Positions 49,804-60,368 of a DNA stretch of 64,000 nucleotides are shown here, in pieces (position 1 is the first letter of the stretch; each line of letters begins with the position of its first letter). Source of the DNA: Acidobacteriota bacterium (GTDB lineage Bacteria > Acidobacteriota > Terriglobia > Acidiferrales > UBA7541). The notes below the pieces were generated by a model. The model was not told the DNA's origin and searched no databases. It saw only the letters and a program-made list of their open reading frames with translations. Location: positions 60,696 through 124,695 of the forward strand of contig QHYH01000091.1 in the NCBI GenBank assembly GCA_003223215.1, read 5' to 3'. Both the position numbers and the translations under genes were made by a program.

Positions 49804-51120
49804 ATGACCCCCATCTCCGCCACGCTTCAAAACAACCTCCGCGCCGTCCTCAGCGCCGATCAAATCCGCCCCGCCTCTCCGGCGGACTCGATTTGCGGGG
49901 TTCAGCCGCAATTCCTGATCGAACCTGCCACCGAACAACAACTGGCTACCGCGCTTCGCCTCGCCGATGAATCCCAACTTGCCGTTATCCCGCGCGGCGG
50001 CGCCAGCAAACTCGGCTGGGGCAATGCGCCGTCGCGCGCCGATTTACTTCTTTCCACAGCGCGCCTGAGCCGCATCGTCGAACACGCCTGGGGCGACCTC
50101 ACCGTCACGGTGGAAGCAGGCTGCACGATCGAGACTTTGCAGCAAACGCTCGCCGAGCACGGCCAGCGCCTTGCCATCGATCCGCTGTGGCCGGAGAAAG
50201 CCACCGTTGGCGGCGTGCTTTCCAGCAACGACAGCGGCGCGCTGCGACTCCGCTTTGGAGCGCTGCGCGACCTCATCATCGGCGTCACGATAGCTCTTGC
50301 TGACGGCACGCTCGCCTCCAGCGGCGGCAAAGTCGTCAAGAATGTTGCGGGCTACGATCTTCCAAAACTCGTCACCGGCGCGCTCGGCACGCTTGGCGTC
50401 ATCACCCGCGCAGTCTTTCGCCTGCATCCCCTGCCGCGCCATAGCCGTTCGTTCACCATTTCCGTCAGCAATCCTCGGGAAGCACAGCAAATCATTCTTG
50501 CCATCCAGGATTCCAAACTTGCTCATGTTGCGCTTCAATCGCAGTTCTCGGCCGAAGCTTTGCCGGTGATCGACATTCTCTTCGAAGGCACGGAAGCTGG
50601 CCTCGATGCGCAAGCAAGCCAGTTACGCGGGTTCTGTAAGTCCGCAAAAAGCTCCCTGGCTCAGGTTCACCCCGAGCCGCGAACGGTCACGAACGCGAAA
50701 GCCTCGTCTTCTCCGAGCCCATGGAATGCCCGGGAAGACCTCTGGTCGTTCTCCAACCCGGCGGAAAACGCCATCGCCAAAATCAGCGTGCTCCCCGCCG
50801 ATCTCGCGCGCACCGTCGAACTCATTCGCACCGTCGCCGAGCCCTCGCGAGTCAACTGGAAACTCCTTCTGTATGCAACGGGTCTCGGCTGGCTGCGCGG
50901 GGAAGGCCCTGCCGGCAATTTGCACCGCGCGCTGACGACACTGCGTGCGGAGCTCGAGAAAATGGGCGGCTCTCTCGCCGTGCTTCATCGTCCGGCGAAC
51001 ATGCAGGCTTTCGACGCCTGGGGCTCCCCAGGCGATTCCCTGCCTCTCCTGAAAGCCGTCAAGACCCGCCTCGACCCCTGGAGCACGCTGAATCCCGGGC
51101 GCTTTGTCGGCGGCATCTGA
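49804..51120 (+). CDS. glcE: Glycolate oxidase FAD-binding subunit
   Basis: TVEAG, GKVVKNVAGYDLPKL, LNPGR; follows glcD. Confidence 0.9.
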   Translation: MTPISATLQNNLRAVLSADQIRPASPADSICGVQPQFLIEPATEQQLATALRLADESQLAVIPRGGASKLGWGNAPSRADLLLSTARLSRIVEHAWGDLTVTVEAGCTIETLQQTLAEHGQRLAIDPLWPEKATVGGVLSSNDSGALRLRFGALRDLIIGVTIALADGTLASSGGKVVKNVAGYDLPKLVTGALGTLGVITRAVFRLHPLPRHSRSFTISVSNPREAQQIILAIQDSKLAHVALQSQFSAEALPVIDILFEGTEAGLDAQASQLRGFCKSAKSSLAQVHPEPRTVTNAKASSSPSPWNAREDLWSFSNPAENAIAKISVLPADLARTVELIRTVAEPSRVNWKLLLYATGLGWLRGEGPAGNLHRALTTLRAELEKMGGSLAVLHRPANMQAFDAWGSPGDSLPLLKAVKTRLDPWSTLNPGRFVGGI

Positions 51121-51197
51121 AGCCGCCACGTTTTAGGCCATGATTTGACTTGGCATCTACCGCCACATAACATGGCACTTTCTCAAAAGCCCACGGC

Positions 51198-54171
51198 ATG
51201 ATCGGCACACTTGTCTCGAACTACCGGATTCTTGAAAAACTGGGCGGCGGGGGGATGGGTGTCGTCTATAAGGCGGAAGACACGCGTCTGGGACGCTTTG
51301 TTGCGCTCAAATTTCTTCCTGAAGAATTAGCCAAAGATCCTTTGGTGCTCGAGCGCTTTCAGCGCGAAGCCCGCGCCGCCTCTTCGCTGAATCACCCGAG
51401 TATTTGCACCATTTATGACATCGGCGAATCCGCCGGCCGCAATTTTCTCGTCATGGAGTATCTCGAAGGCCACACCCTTCGTGATCGCATCGCGGGCCGC
51501 CCTCTCCCGCTGGACTTGCTTCTGGACCTGGGGGGCCAGGTGGCCGACGCGCTGGACGCCGCGCACGCCAAAAGCATCGTCCACCGCGACATCAAGCCAG
51601 CCAATATTTTTGTGACCGCCCGCAGCCAAGCCAAGATTCTCGACTTCGGTCTCGCCAAGATCGGTCCGCGCGCTGCGTCCCCCGTTTCCGCAATGACGAC
51701 TGCGTCGGACGCCACTGTTCTCGACGACCATCTCACCAGTCCAGGCACGGCGGTCGGCACGATCGCTTACATGTCACCGGAACAGGTTCGCGGCGAGGAA
51801 CTCGATGCCCGCACGGATCTGTTTTCCTGCGGGGTGGTTCTTTATGAAATGGCGACCGGCAATCAGCCCTTTCCCGGCGCAACCTCTGGCGTGATCTTCG
51901 ACGGAATCCTCAATCGCCAACCCGTCGAGCCGCTCCGGCTCAACCCCATACTGCCCGTGGAGCTTGAGCGCATCTTGAACAAGGCGCTCGAAAAAGACCG
52001 CACGCTGCGTTACCAGACAGCTTCGGACTTGCGCGCCGACCTCCAGCGACAACAGCGAGATTCCAATTCCGGGAAAGCCCGGGCGTGGCAGGCAACTTCC
52101 GTAGCTACGGCCGCCGCCAGACAATCGGAGGCTCCTTCACCGCCACTTCCGGGGCAAAGCGGGAGCAGGAAAAGACCTTTTCGCTCATCGAGAGACAAAA
52201 AGATTGCGGGCGTATGCGCGGGCTTGGCCGATTATTGGGACACCGATGCCACGCTCATCCGAGTGCTCTGGCTCGTCGTGGGCCTTACTACAGGGATCGG
52301 CCTTCTCGCTTACCCGTTTCTCTGGATGGTTTTGCCCCTCGCGCCAGCCGAAGGGGTTCCGTCTTCGGCAACTGCAGCGGGAACAGTGCGATCGCAGGCC
52401 GAAAAGGCAAAAACCAAATCACTGGGCATAAAAAACCCGAGCGTCGCGATCCCGGTCTTGGTTGTGGCCGCTTTACTCGCAGCGGTCCTTTACTTCTGGC
52501 CTCGCGGCCGGCCGCGCACTGATTTCTCGTCCATCCGCATGCAGCGAATCACCACGACCGGCCAAGCCGTTTCTGCGGCAGTCTCTTTCGATGGCCGCTA
52601 TGTCGCCTATTGCCAGGACAACAATGGAAAGAAAAGCCTCTGGCTTCGCCAGCTGGCCTCGACCAATAGCGTTCAACTTCTCCCTTCGGCCCCGCGCCCC
52701 ATGCTCATCCCAGAATTCACCCCGGACGGGGGCTTCATTGATTATCTCGAAAGAGTGAATCCCACCGACAAATCCCTTTACCAGATTCCCGTGCTGGGGG
52801 GGCACGCCGCGCAAGCTGGTGGACCACGTTGATAGTCTCGTTACGTTCTCTCCCGACGGGAGCCAAATGGCTTTTGTCCGCAACGATGGTGTCAAAGGCG
52901 AATCTTCCCTCATCCTCGCCGATCCTTCTGGCGCTCATGAAACCCATCTGGCTACCCGCCGCATCGGCAATGACATCGGTCCTTTTGACCTTCCTTCCTG
53001 GGCGCCGGACGGCAGGACCATTACCGTTTCGGTTGCCGACCCCGCCTCCGACGGCCTGTACATCCATCTGTTGAATGTCTCCGTCCGCGACGGTTCCGCC
53101 ACGTCTTTTTCGCCGGTCCATTGGAGGAGCTTAAACGACACTCGCTGGCTTCCCGACGGCAGCGGCATGCTTATCGCCGCTCAGGAAAGAAGCGGCGCTC
53201 CCCAGCAAATCTATTGGAATGCGGAAGGCAGCGGGGAAGTACGCAAGATCACCGGTGACGTGAACAGTTACTTATCTCTCAGCGTGGGCTCCGATTCCCG
53301 CTCTTTCCTGGCCGTCCAGAGCGACATCAACGTCAATGTCTGGGTTGGTCCCGGGAACGACCCCGATGCCGCCGTGCAAGTCACCTCCGGAAGAATGGAC
53401 GGCATCGGCGGTCTCGCTTGGACCACCGACGGCCGCATTGTCTATCAAGGAAACGTCGGGGACAGCTATCAAATCTGGATGGTCAATGCCGACGGCTCCG
53501 CGGCCCACCAAGTGACCAACGACCGCTACTTCCACACCCATCCCGCGGTCTGCGAATCAGGCCACTCCATTGTTTTTGAATCCGACCCCACGGGCCTTCA
53601 GCACCTCTTCAAGACAGACCTCGACGGCAACAATCTCACGCAAATCACCAGCGGCGCTGGCGAAGGCAGCCCTAGCTGCCGCATGCAATCCGGCGATGTT
53701 GTCTTTTCCGGAACTGACCCCAACCGGCACACCCTGCTCTACAAGATGGAGCTGGGCGGAGCTTCGCCGGTCGCGCTTTCCGATCGGTTGCTTGTCAGCA
53801 AGCCGGTTTATTCTCCCGACGGAACCTGCATTTTGGCCGCCCTTATGGATCCGAAGACCGGGACCGTCAAAGGCTCGCTTGTTCCCGCTTCGGGCGGCGC
53901 CCCGCGCTACTCCCGCGATATTCCATCCACTCTGGATCCCATGGGAGTCGTCGGCTGGATGGCCGACGGAGGGAGCTTTGCCGCGCTCGATGACCGCAGC
54001 GGGATCCGCAATCTCTGGACCTTTCCCTTTGACGGCAGCCCGGGCAAACAAATCACGCATTTTCAGCGGTCGGAAATCCACGGCTTTGCCTGGTCTCCGG
54101 ACGGGAAGCGCATTGCCCTCTCGCGCGGTCCCATCGAACAGAACGTGGTGCTTATCAAAACCGGTTCTTAG
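51198..54171 (+). pseudogene. Ser/Thr protein kinase-PspC-TM-TolB/PD40 beta-propeller fusion with a +1 frameshift in a G7 run (52796-52802)
   Basis: [30 protein letters not shown]; PspC-like [18 protein letters not shown]; removing one G gives [14 protein letters not shown], joining ORF 52819-54171 (SPDG repeats). Confidence 0.88.
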
Positions 54172-54567
54172 CCTCGCGAGCTCATGCGTTTCGGCTTTGC
54201 CCCGGCACGCCCGGATAGCGAAGGATCCTGACCCGCATTCATCCTGCTTGCGGGCTCGCTGCCCATCCCGAACTCGCCAAGAGCTACAGCGGCTGGCCGA
54301 GAATGCTCGGCTGGCTGTGACCAACCCGTGACCGGAGGTTGGTTGGCTTGAGCGGGTTTGCGATCGTCGCAAGTTTCGCCGAGTTCCAGGAAGGCTTGCA
54401 TCCCGCCGGCGAGGAATCGCAACTGGACGCGCCCGTGCCGGGCTCTTCACCCCTGGGATTAGACCTTCATAGCCCGAGCGTTGCGCAGTTGACGGTCGCG
54501 CAAACCATTGCCTCATTGTCGTTCCTTCGGGTACCTTCGGAGTTGGCAACTGGCTTCAAATCTCGCG

Positions 54568-55887
54568 ATGGCCACCACGCCAAACTCGCTTCCTTCCGCT
54601 TTTGACGCGCAGCATCCGCCGGCGGCGGACATTGTCGACAAGTGCGTGCACTGCGGCTTCTGTCTTCCTGTCTGCCCGACTTACCTCCTTTGGGGACAGG
54701 AAATGGATTCGCCGCGCGGCCGCATCTACCTCGTGAAGCTCGCCGGGGAAGGAGCGGCCGAGATCAACTCCAAATGGGTGAGTCACTTCGATAGCTGCCT
54801 CGGCTGCATGGCCTGCATGACGGCGTGCCCTTCGGGCGTGGACTACGGCAAACTGATCGAGGCCACCCGCGCGCAGATCGAGCGAAACTTCACACGGCCT
54901 TCCGGCGAGAAACGTCATCGCCATTTCCTGTTCGAGACGTTTACCCGGCCGGATCGCCTCGATCGCTTGCGCGCGCCGCTCCTCGCCTATCAAAAATCCG
55001 GCCTGCAAGCTCTGGCTCGCGGACTCGGTCTCGTCAGGCTGCTCCCGAAGAAATGGCGGACGATGGAGGCGCTGCTTCCAAGACTTACGCCTCAGGAAGC
55101 GGTTTTGGAAGTCACGCCTGCCGTCGGCACGAAACGCCGGCGCGTCGGCCTGCTTCTCGGTTGCGTGCAGCGCGTATTTTTCTCGCAGGTCAATGCCGCC
55201 ACGGCACGCGTCCTCGCTCGAGAGGGCTGCGAGGTGGTCGCTCCACAAACGCAAGCTTGCTGTGGGGCCTTGCTTGTGCATGCGGGAGAAGAGGCTGCTG
55301 CCATCGACCTCGCCAAGAAGACGATGGATGCCTTCGAGCAGGCCAACGTTGAAACGATTGTGACGAATGCCGCCGGATGCGGCTCCAACGTGAAGGAATA
55401 CGGCCACCTGCTTCGCGATGACCCGCAATATGCCGAACGCGCGCAAAGATTTGCCGCGAAGTGCAGGGACATCAGCGAAGTCTTAACGGAGCTCGAGCCG
55501 CGCTCGAAGCGTCATCCACTGAAGCTGCGCGTCGCGTTTCACGATTCTTGCCATTTGCAGCACGCGCAAGGGGTACACTCGCAGCCCCGAGCTTTGCTTT
55601 CCAGCATTCCCGGCCTCGAACTCGAGGAGATTGCGGAATCGGCGATCTGCTGCGGTTCCGCGGGAATCTACAATCTCGTGCAGCCCGACGCTGCGCGATC
55701 GCTCGGCGACCGCAAAGCCGAACTCGTTTCTCAACTTGGCGCCGACGTGGTCGCTACCGGCAATCCCGGCTGCATGCTCCAGCTGCAGTCGGCCCTCTCG
55801 CGCCGTCATCTGAAGACGCCCGTTGTCCACTCGATTCAGCTTCTCGACGCTTCCTTGCGCGCCCAGTCATTCGATTCCTTCCGATAG
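54568..55887 (+). CDS. glcF: Glycolate oxidase iron-sulfur subunit
   Basis: CVHCGFCLPVC, CLGCMAC..C, CCG domains, HDSCHLQH, CCGSAGIYN. Confidence 0.93.
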   Translation: MATTPNSLPSAFDAQHPPAADIVDKCVHCGFCLPVCPTYLLWGQEMDSPRGRIYLVKLAGEGAAEINSKWVSHFDSCLGCMACMTACPSGVDYGKLIEATRAQIERNFTRPSGEKRHRHFLFETFTRPDRLDRLRAPLLAYQKSGLQALARGLGLVRLLPKKWRTMEALLPRLTPQEAVLEVTPAVGTKRRRVGLLLGCVQRVFFSQVNAATARVLAREGCEVVAPQTQACCGALLVHAGEEAAAIDLAKKTMDAFEQANVETIVTNAAGCGSNVKEYGHLLRDDPQYAERAQRFAAKCRDISEVLTELEPRSKRHPLKLRVAFHDSCHLQHAQGVHSQPRALLSSIPGLELEEIAESAICCGSAGIYNLVQPDAARSLGDRKAELVSQLGADVVATGNPGCMLQLQSALSRRHLKTPVVHSIQLLDASLRAQSFDSFR

Positions 55888-56052
55888 ACCTCACCTGCCG
55901 CATGCCCTTCGACGACAAGGCGGAAGGCACACCTCGAAATCGGAAAAATCAGCGAGAAGACCCGCGCGCGTAAAGACTAGCAAGACCCAGCGCATCGTCC
56001 GCCAACATTTCTGAAGGAAGTTCTCGAATCGCCAGAAGCCGGTGATCGCGGT

Positions 56053-57144
56053 TCATTCGAACGGGACGCCGGTCTTCTTTGAAATATCCCGCAGCTCTTC
56101 GACGACAGGCAGAATCAGCGGGACACCCTCTTTTCGCCGCGCCTGGTCCGCCTCCCGTTCAGGATCGCCCGGAATCAAAGGGCCATGCGTGCCCGGTGCG
56201 GGCTTCGTTCGGCGAAACACGCGAATGTACTCGTCCACCTGGCGCTTGAACTCGTCGGCGTCAATGAAACCGTCAATGCGCATCGCGCCGAAAAAATGAC
56301 CGATTCCCTTCCCCACGCTGCGCTTGGGGATCTCCTGTCGCAGCGCAAAGGGAGGCGTGAACGGGCCCCAGTTCGCGCCGCTCAACGGCCCACAAAGAAT
56401 GTCCACCATCATCGCCAACGCATACCCTTTGTGGCCCCCGCGCTCGCGTTCCGAACCCAGCGGGAGCATCGCCCCGCCGTCGATCATCTGGTTTGGATTC
56501 GTGGTGCTGCGTCCTTCGCGATCAATGGCCCAGCCTTCGGGAACGGGCTCGCCTCGCCGACGTGCAATTTCTATCTTTCCGTACGCCGTCGCGCTGGTAG
56601 CCATGTCAATCACAATCGGAGGCTCGGCTTTGCCCGGAAACGCAATGGCGATGGGGTTTGTTCCGAGCATGCGTTCGGCGCCCCACAGCGGCACGACGAT
56701 CTTCGTCGAGTTGGTCATCGCCCAGCCAATCAGATCGCGCTCGAGTGCTTGGAGCACATAGTATCCGGCGATTCCGAAATGGTTTGTGTTGCACACGCCG
56801 ACCCAGCCGGAGCCGCATTTTTCCGCCATGTCCATGGCGATGCGATTCGCTTGCGGGCCAACCACGAGGCCAAGACCGTTGTCGCCGTCAACCGCCGCGG
56901 TACTCGGCGTCGAACGCACAATTTTGATTTTTGGTTTGGGATTAATGTGGCCTTCGCTCAGCATTCCGAAATAGCTGTACATCCGCGCCACACCGTGGGA
57001 ATCGACGCCGCGCAGATCAGCGCATGCAAGCACGTCGGCAGCCTGCGTCGCATCGGCTTTTGGCACGCCGCAATGGAGAAACACGCGGATGCAAAATTCG
57101 CGCAATTTCTCAATGGGAAAAACCTTCGATGCGACTTCGGTCAT
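56053..57144 (-). CDS. Ldh_2 family (type 2 malate/L-lactate/ureidoglycolate) dehydrogenase
   Basis: DLRGVDSHGV, DGDNGLG, NHFGIAG, GTNPIAIA, GHKGYAL; GGAGA upstream of ATG 57144. Confidence 0.92.
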   Translation of the reverse strand: MTEVASKVFPIEKLREFCIRVFLHCGVPKADATQAADVLACADLRGVDSHGVARMYSYFGMLSEGHINPKPKIKIVRSTPSTAAVDGDNGLGLVVGPQANRIAMDMAEKCGSGWVGVCNTNHFGIAGYYVLQALERDLIGWAMTNSTKIVVPLWGAERMLGTNPIAIAFPGKAEPPIVIDMATSATAYGKIEIARRRGEPVPEGWAIDREGRSTTNPNQMIDGGAMLPLGSERERGGHKGYALAMMVDILCGPLSGANWGPFTPPFALRQEIPKRSVGKGIGHFFGAMRIDGFIDADEFKRQVDEYIRVFRRTKPAPGTHGPLIPGDPEREADQARRKEGVPLILPVVEELRDISKKTGVPFE

Positions 57145-57164
57145 ATTTTCTCCGACGTGCGGCG

Positions 57165-58475
57165 TTAGGCGGGCAAGCATTCTCCGCGAGTTTCCGCGCC
57201 GAAAGGAACGAGCAGCAAGCCGACCGCAAAGGCGATCGAGGTCATGGCGACAGGAGCTCCCAGCGAGCCGTAGCGTTCGACGCCGGCGCCCACGAGAAAT
57301 GTTATCCCGGCGCCTGCAAAACGCGCGAGCGAGGTAGAAAAGGCAAATGCGCTGGCGCGGCACTCCGTAGGATACTGCTCCGGCAGCCAGAGCGTGTACA
57401 CGGCGAAATTGGCGCCGCCCAACCCGAGAAAGAAAAGACAGACAAAAAACCACGGAAGCGCGGCTGCTCCGAGATAGAAAACCTTTCCGAACGTCAGCGC
57501 AATGGACGCAAGCATCAGCGCGAAATAAACCCCCAGCGCGCCGCGGCGCCCGGCTTTTTCCGCGAGCCACGGCATCACCAGGCAGCCAAGAATCGTCGCG
57601 CAGGAAACCAGCATCGCCGCGTGCGAAGCCAGCCGCGCTGCCGGTGGTCCTATTTTCCCGGCCGCTTCCGCCAGCGTCGTCACCGCGGCGGGCACATAGA
57701 CCGTTCCCGCCCACAAACCGCAAATCGATGCGAGCATATACAAGGAATTCAGAACCGTTCGGCGGCGCAGCGTGTTCGAGAAAAGGGCGGAAAATGGCCT
57801 CCAGATTTTCCCGGAGCGAACCACGCCTTCCTTTTGTCTCCACCTCTCCGGCTCCGTCACGCCATGCCGCACCCAGGCGAGCAAAAGCGCCGGCAGTCCG
57901 CCGACCGCAAACATCGTGCGCCAGCCGAAGTGACTCCCTATGACGTAATTCGCCAACGATGCAAAAAAGGTCCCAACGTAGTATCCCGTGTGCATCAACC
58001 CGGCGCCAGCCAGCCGCCGCGGTTCGGGCCATTCTTCGGCGACGAAGGTTCCGCCCATAGCCCACTCGCCGCCGATGCCAATCCCGGCAAGCAGCCGCAG
58101 AACGGCAAGCTGCCAGACGCCCGTGACGAGCGCGCTGAGAAACGTGAAAACGGAATACCACACGATCGTCAGCATGAGCGTGCGAACGCGCCCGAACTTA
58201 TCGCCAATCGGGCCCCACAAAAAGGCCATTCCCCAGCCGAACAAGAACAGCGCGAATAGCAATCCGCCGTAGAAGCCGACGTTTCCTTTGGTCGGAGCAA
58301 TTCCGGAGCGCGGAAGAAGTTCCCGCAGCGAAGGCAGCAGGACAAGCGCGTAGATGAACGAATCCATGCCGTCCAGCGCCCAGCCTCCCCAGGATGCCCA
58401 AAATCCGCGAATCTGATTTCGCGTAAGCGGGACCAGCGTCGATTTTGGATTGGACGGAAGCTCCGCAACACTCAT
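57165..58475 (-). CDS. MFS transporter (SHS/NanT-like)
   Basis: GWALDGMD, GDKFGR, GIGIGGEW. Confidence 0.9.
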   Translation of the reverse strand: MSVAELPSNPKSTLVPLTRNQIRGFWASWGGWALDGMDSFIYALVLLPSLRELLPRSGIAPTKGNVGFYGGLLFALFLFGWGMAFLWGPIGDKFGRVRTLMLTIVWYSVFTFLSALVTGVWQLAVLRLLAGIGIGGEWAMGGTFVAEEWPEPRRLAGAGLMHTGYYVGTFFASLANYVIGSHFGWRTMFAVGGLPALLLAWVRHGVTEPERWRQKEGVVRSGKIWRPFSALFSNTLRRRTVLNSLYMLASICGLWAGTVYVPAAVTTLAEAAGKIGPPAARLASHAAMLVSCATILGCLVMPWLAEKAGRRGALGVYFALMLASIALTFGKVFYLGAAALPWFFVCLFFLGLGGANFAVYTLWLPEQYPTECRASAFAFSTSLARFAGAGITFLVGAGVERYGSLGAPVAMTSIAFAVGLLLVPFGAETRGECLPA

Positions 58476-58527
58476 GGCAGCGGGGACTATACCATGCGTC
58501 GCTTCTGACCCGTGCCCGGTAAGCCTG

Positions 58528-59295
58528 CTAGCGGTAGCCGCGCCGGAAAAAATAAACGGTCATGGCCGTGCCAACAAGAATGACGAAAGCTTTGATCCAG
58601 GACTGCGGCAGTTTCTGCGCATAATGCGCGGTGGAATAACCGCCGAGAACCGACCCGAAAATCATTACGATGGCCTGTGGCCAGAAAATGGCCTTGCTCG
58701 CAATAAAGGTTACCGTGGCCACGCCGTTGATCACACCCCCGAGTATGACTTTCAGCTTGTTCATGGCGTGGATGTCGGTCATGCCAAGCGCTGAAAGCAT
58801 CGCCAGGTTCATGATGCCGATTCCTCCGCCGAAATAGCCGCCGTAGACGGCCACCAGGAGTTCGAAGAGCGAAGCGAAGATCACTGCCCCGCTGCCCGCC
58901 TCGGGCGAGATGCCCTCGGAAATGCGTCCGGTGAGATGCTTGCCGAACGCAAAGAGCAAGGTGGCGCCCAAAAGCAGCCACGGAATCACCCGCAGGAAAG
59001 TCCGGGCAGGCGTGTGAATAAGGAGAATCGCCCCCGAGAGCCCGCCGGCCAAACTGGTGATCCCGAGAGGAATCAGAACGCGCCTCGGAATATCCAGCTT
59101 TTGGGGATAGGCGCCGCCGCTCGCCGTGGTTCCTACCCACAAAGAGAGCGTGTTGGTCGCATTGGCAGGAATCACGGGAACGCCGGTAAACAGAAGCGCG
59201 GGAAAAGCAATAAAGCTCCCGCCCCCGGCCACGGCATTCATGCCGCCTCCGAGGGCGCCGGCAAAAAACAGAAAGATCGCACCCTCTGGGTTCAA
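58528..59295 (-). CDS. TauE/SafE (TSUP) family exporter
   Basis: NAVAGGGSFI, YGGYFGGGIG. Confidence 0.9.
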   Translation of the reverse strand: MNPEGAIFLFFAGALGGGMNAVAGGGSFIAFPALLFTGVPVIPANATNTLSLWVGTTASGGAYPQKLDIPRRVLIPLGITSLAGGLSGAILLIHTPARTFLRVIPWLLLGATLLFAFGKHLTGRISEGISPEAGSGAVIFASLFELLVAVYGGYFGGGIGIMNLAMLSALGMTDIHAMNKLKVILGGVINGVATVTFIASKAIFWPQAIVMIFGSVLGGYSTAHYAQKLPQSWIKAFVILVGTAMTVYFFRRGYR

Positions 59296-59552
59296 GCAGA
59301 GGTTGTATCATGATTTCAGTCAGGCTGCTGTCAAAAATCGACGATCGCACTTCGTCGGTGAAAGCGCCCTTCCACTCAAGTCCGGTCGAAAGTCTTTGGC
59401 GACCTTTCTCCCGCCTTCCTGGCCTTGCACGTTAGCTCGTCGGCATGGCCCACAAAATCCCAGCGCCAGGAGAGCCATATGATGATTCGGTACGCGCGCA
59501 GGAGCGGGATTGTACACGTGAAGGAGCACGGGCTTATCTCCTCGGAATGACC

Positions 59553-59909
59553 TCAGCTTTCGACGAAGGATTTTAGTCTTGCGAGCGTCTCGTCCCACTG
59601 CTCGGAAACGAAATCGAGGTAGTCCTTAACCTCGGCAATAGGTTCAGGGTCGAACGCAAATCGGCTCTCGCGGCCGGCTCGAACGCTGCGCACGATTCTT
59701 GCGTCCTCCAACACTCGAAGGTGCTTGGTGATGGCCTGACGGGTCAGCTGCGAACCCTCGGTCAGTTGAGAGATCGAACTAGGCTGCCCCTTGGCAAGCT
59801 TTGCAACCAGCGTCAACCGCGTCTCATCGCCGAGAGCGGCAAAGACCCGTGCATAGCTACACCGCCTTCGAGAAGTCCGTCTAAGAGTTTTTCGCAAGAT
59901 AGGCCTCAA
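59553..59909 (-). CDS. ArsR/SmtB family transcriptional regulator
   Basis: FAALGDETRL, TRQAITKHLRVLE; start uncertain. Confidence 0.88.
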   Translation of the reverse strand: MRPILRKTLRRTSRRRCSYARVFAALGDETRLTLVAKLAKGQPSSISQLTEGSQLTRQAITKHLRVLEDARIVRSVRAGRESRFAFDPEPIAEVKDYLDFVSEQWDETLARLKSFVES

Positions 59910-60345
59910 CGTTTTTTATTTGCTCGGCCCAGCCGCCCTCGTTTCTGCGAAATGCCTCAAGCCGGCGATCCGCAGGCAGCTTGTCAAAGCCGGATTCCGT
60001 CACGGTCAGCACCGTGCCATTGGCGGTTTTCTCCAGCCGGAATTCAACGAGCGTGCTGGGCTCCTTGGAGTAATCCGGCGGATAATCCGCCTTTTCGTGG
60101 GACTTGGGATGCGGCCAAGTGAAGGAAAACAACCGCTGTGGCTCCATCTTCTCGACCACGGCCTCCCACTTCACGTGCTCGTACCCCGGATAAGTCATCT
60201 GACCGCGCGAGACCTCGCCCAGAACAAAAGGGCCGTCCAATTTCACGCGAAACCATTCGCCAAACTCGCGGTAATCGGTGAGGGCGCGCCAGACGCGGGA
60301 AAGCGGGGCCTTGAGTTCGATCCGTTTTTCGATGCGGTCGCTCAT
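59881..60345 (-). CDS. SRPBCC/AHSA1-like (START superfamily) protein
   Basis: RVWRALTD, FSFTW, LTVTESGF, NEGGW; GGAGG upstream. Confidence 0.9.
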   Translation of the reverse strand: MSDRIEKRIELKAPLSRVWRALTDYREFGEWFRVKLDGPFVLGEVSRGQMTYPGYEHVKWEAVVEKMEPQRLFSFTWPHPKSHEKADYPPDYSKEPSTLVEFRLEKTANGTVLTVTESGFDKLPADRRLEAFRRNEGGWAEQIKNVEAYLAKNS

Positions 60346-60348
60346 ATT

Positions 60349-60368
60349 ATGCAACCTCCTGGTTACAT
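60349..60368. promoter_or_regulatory. Inverted-repeat operator ATGCAACC-TCCT-GGTTACAT
   Basis: 8-bp near-perfect palindrome overlapping the RBS of the SRPBCC-ArsR operon. Confidence 0.7.

Noticed and set aside
60361-60368. GGTTACAT identical to the IS end motif
   Set aside because: An 8-bp match without the adjacent GCCAT part; better explained as an ArsR operator half-site.
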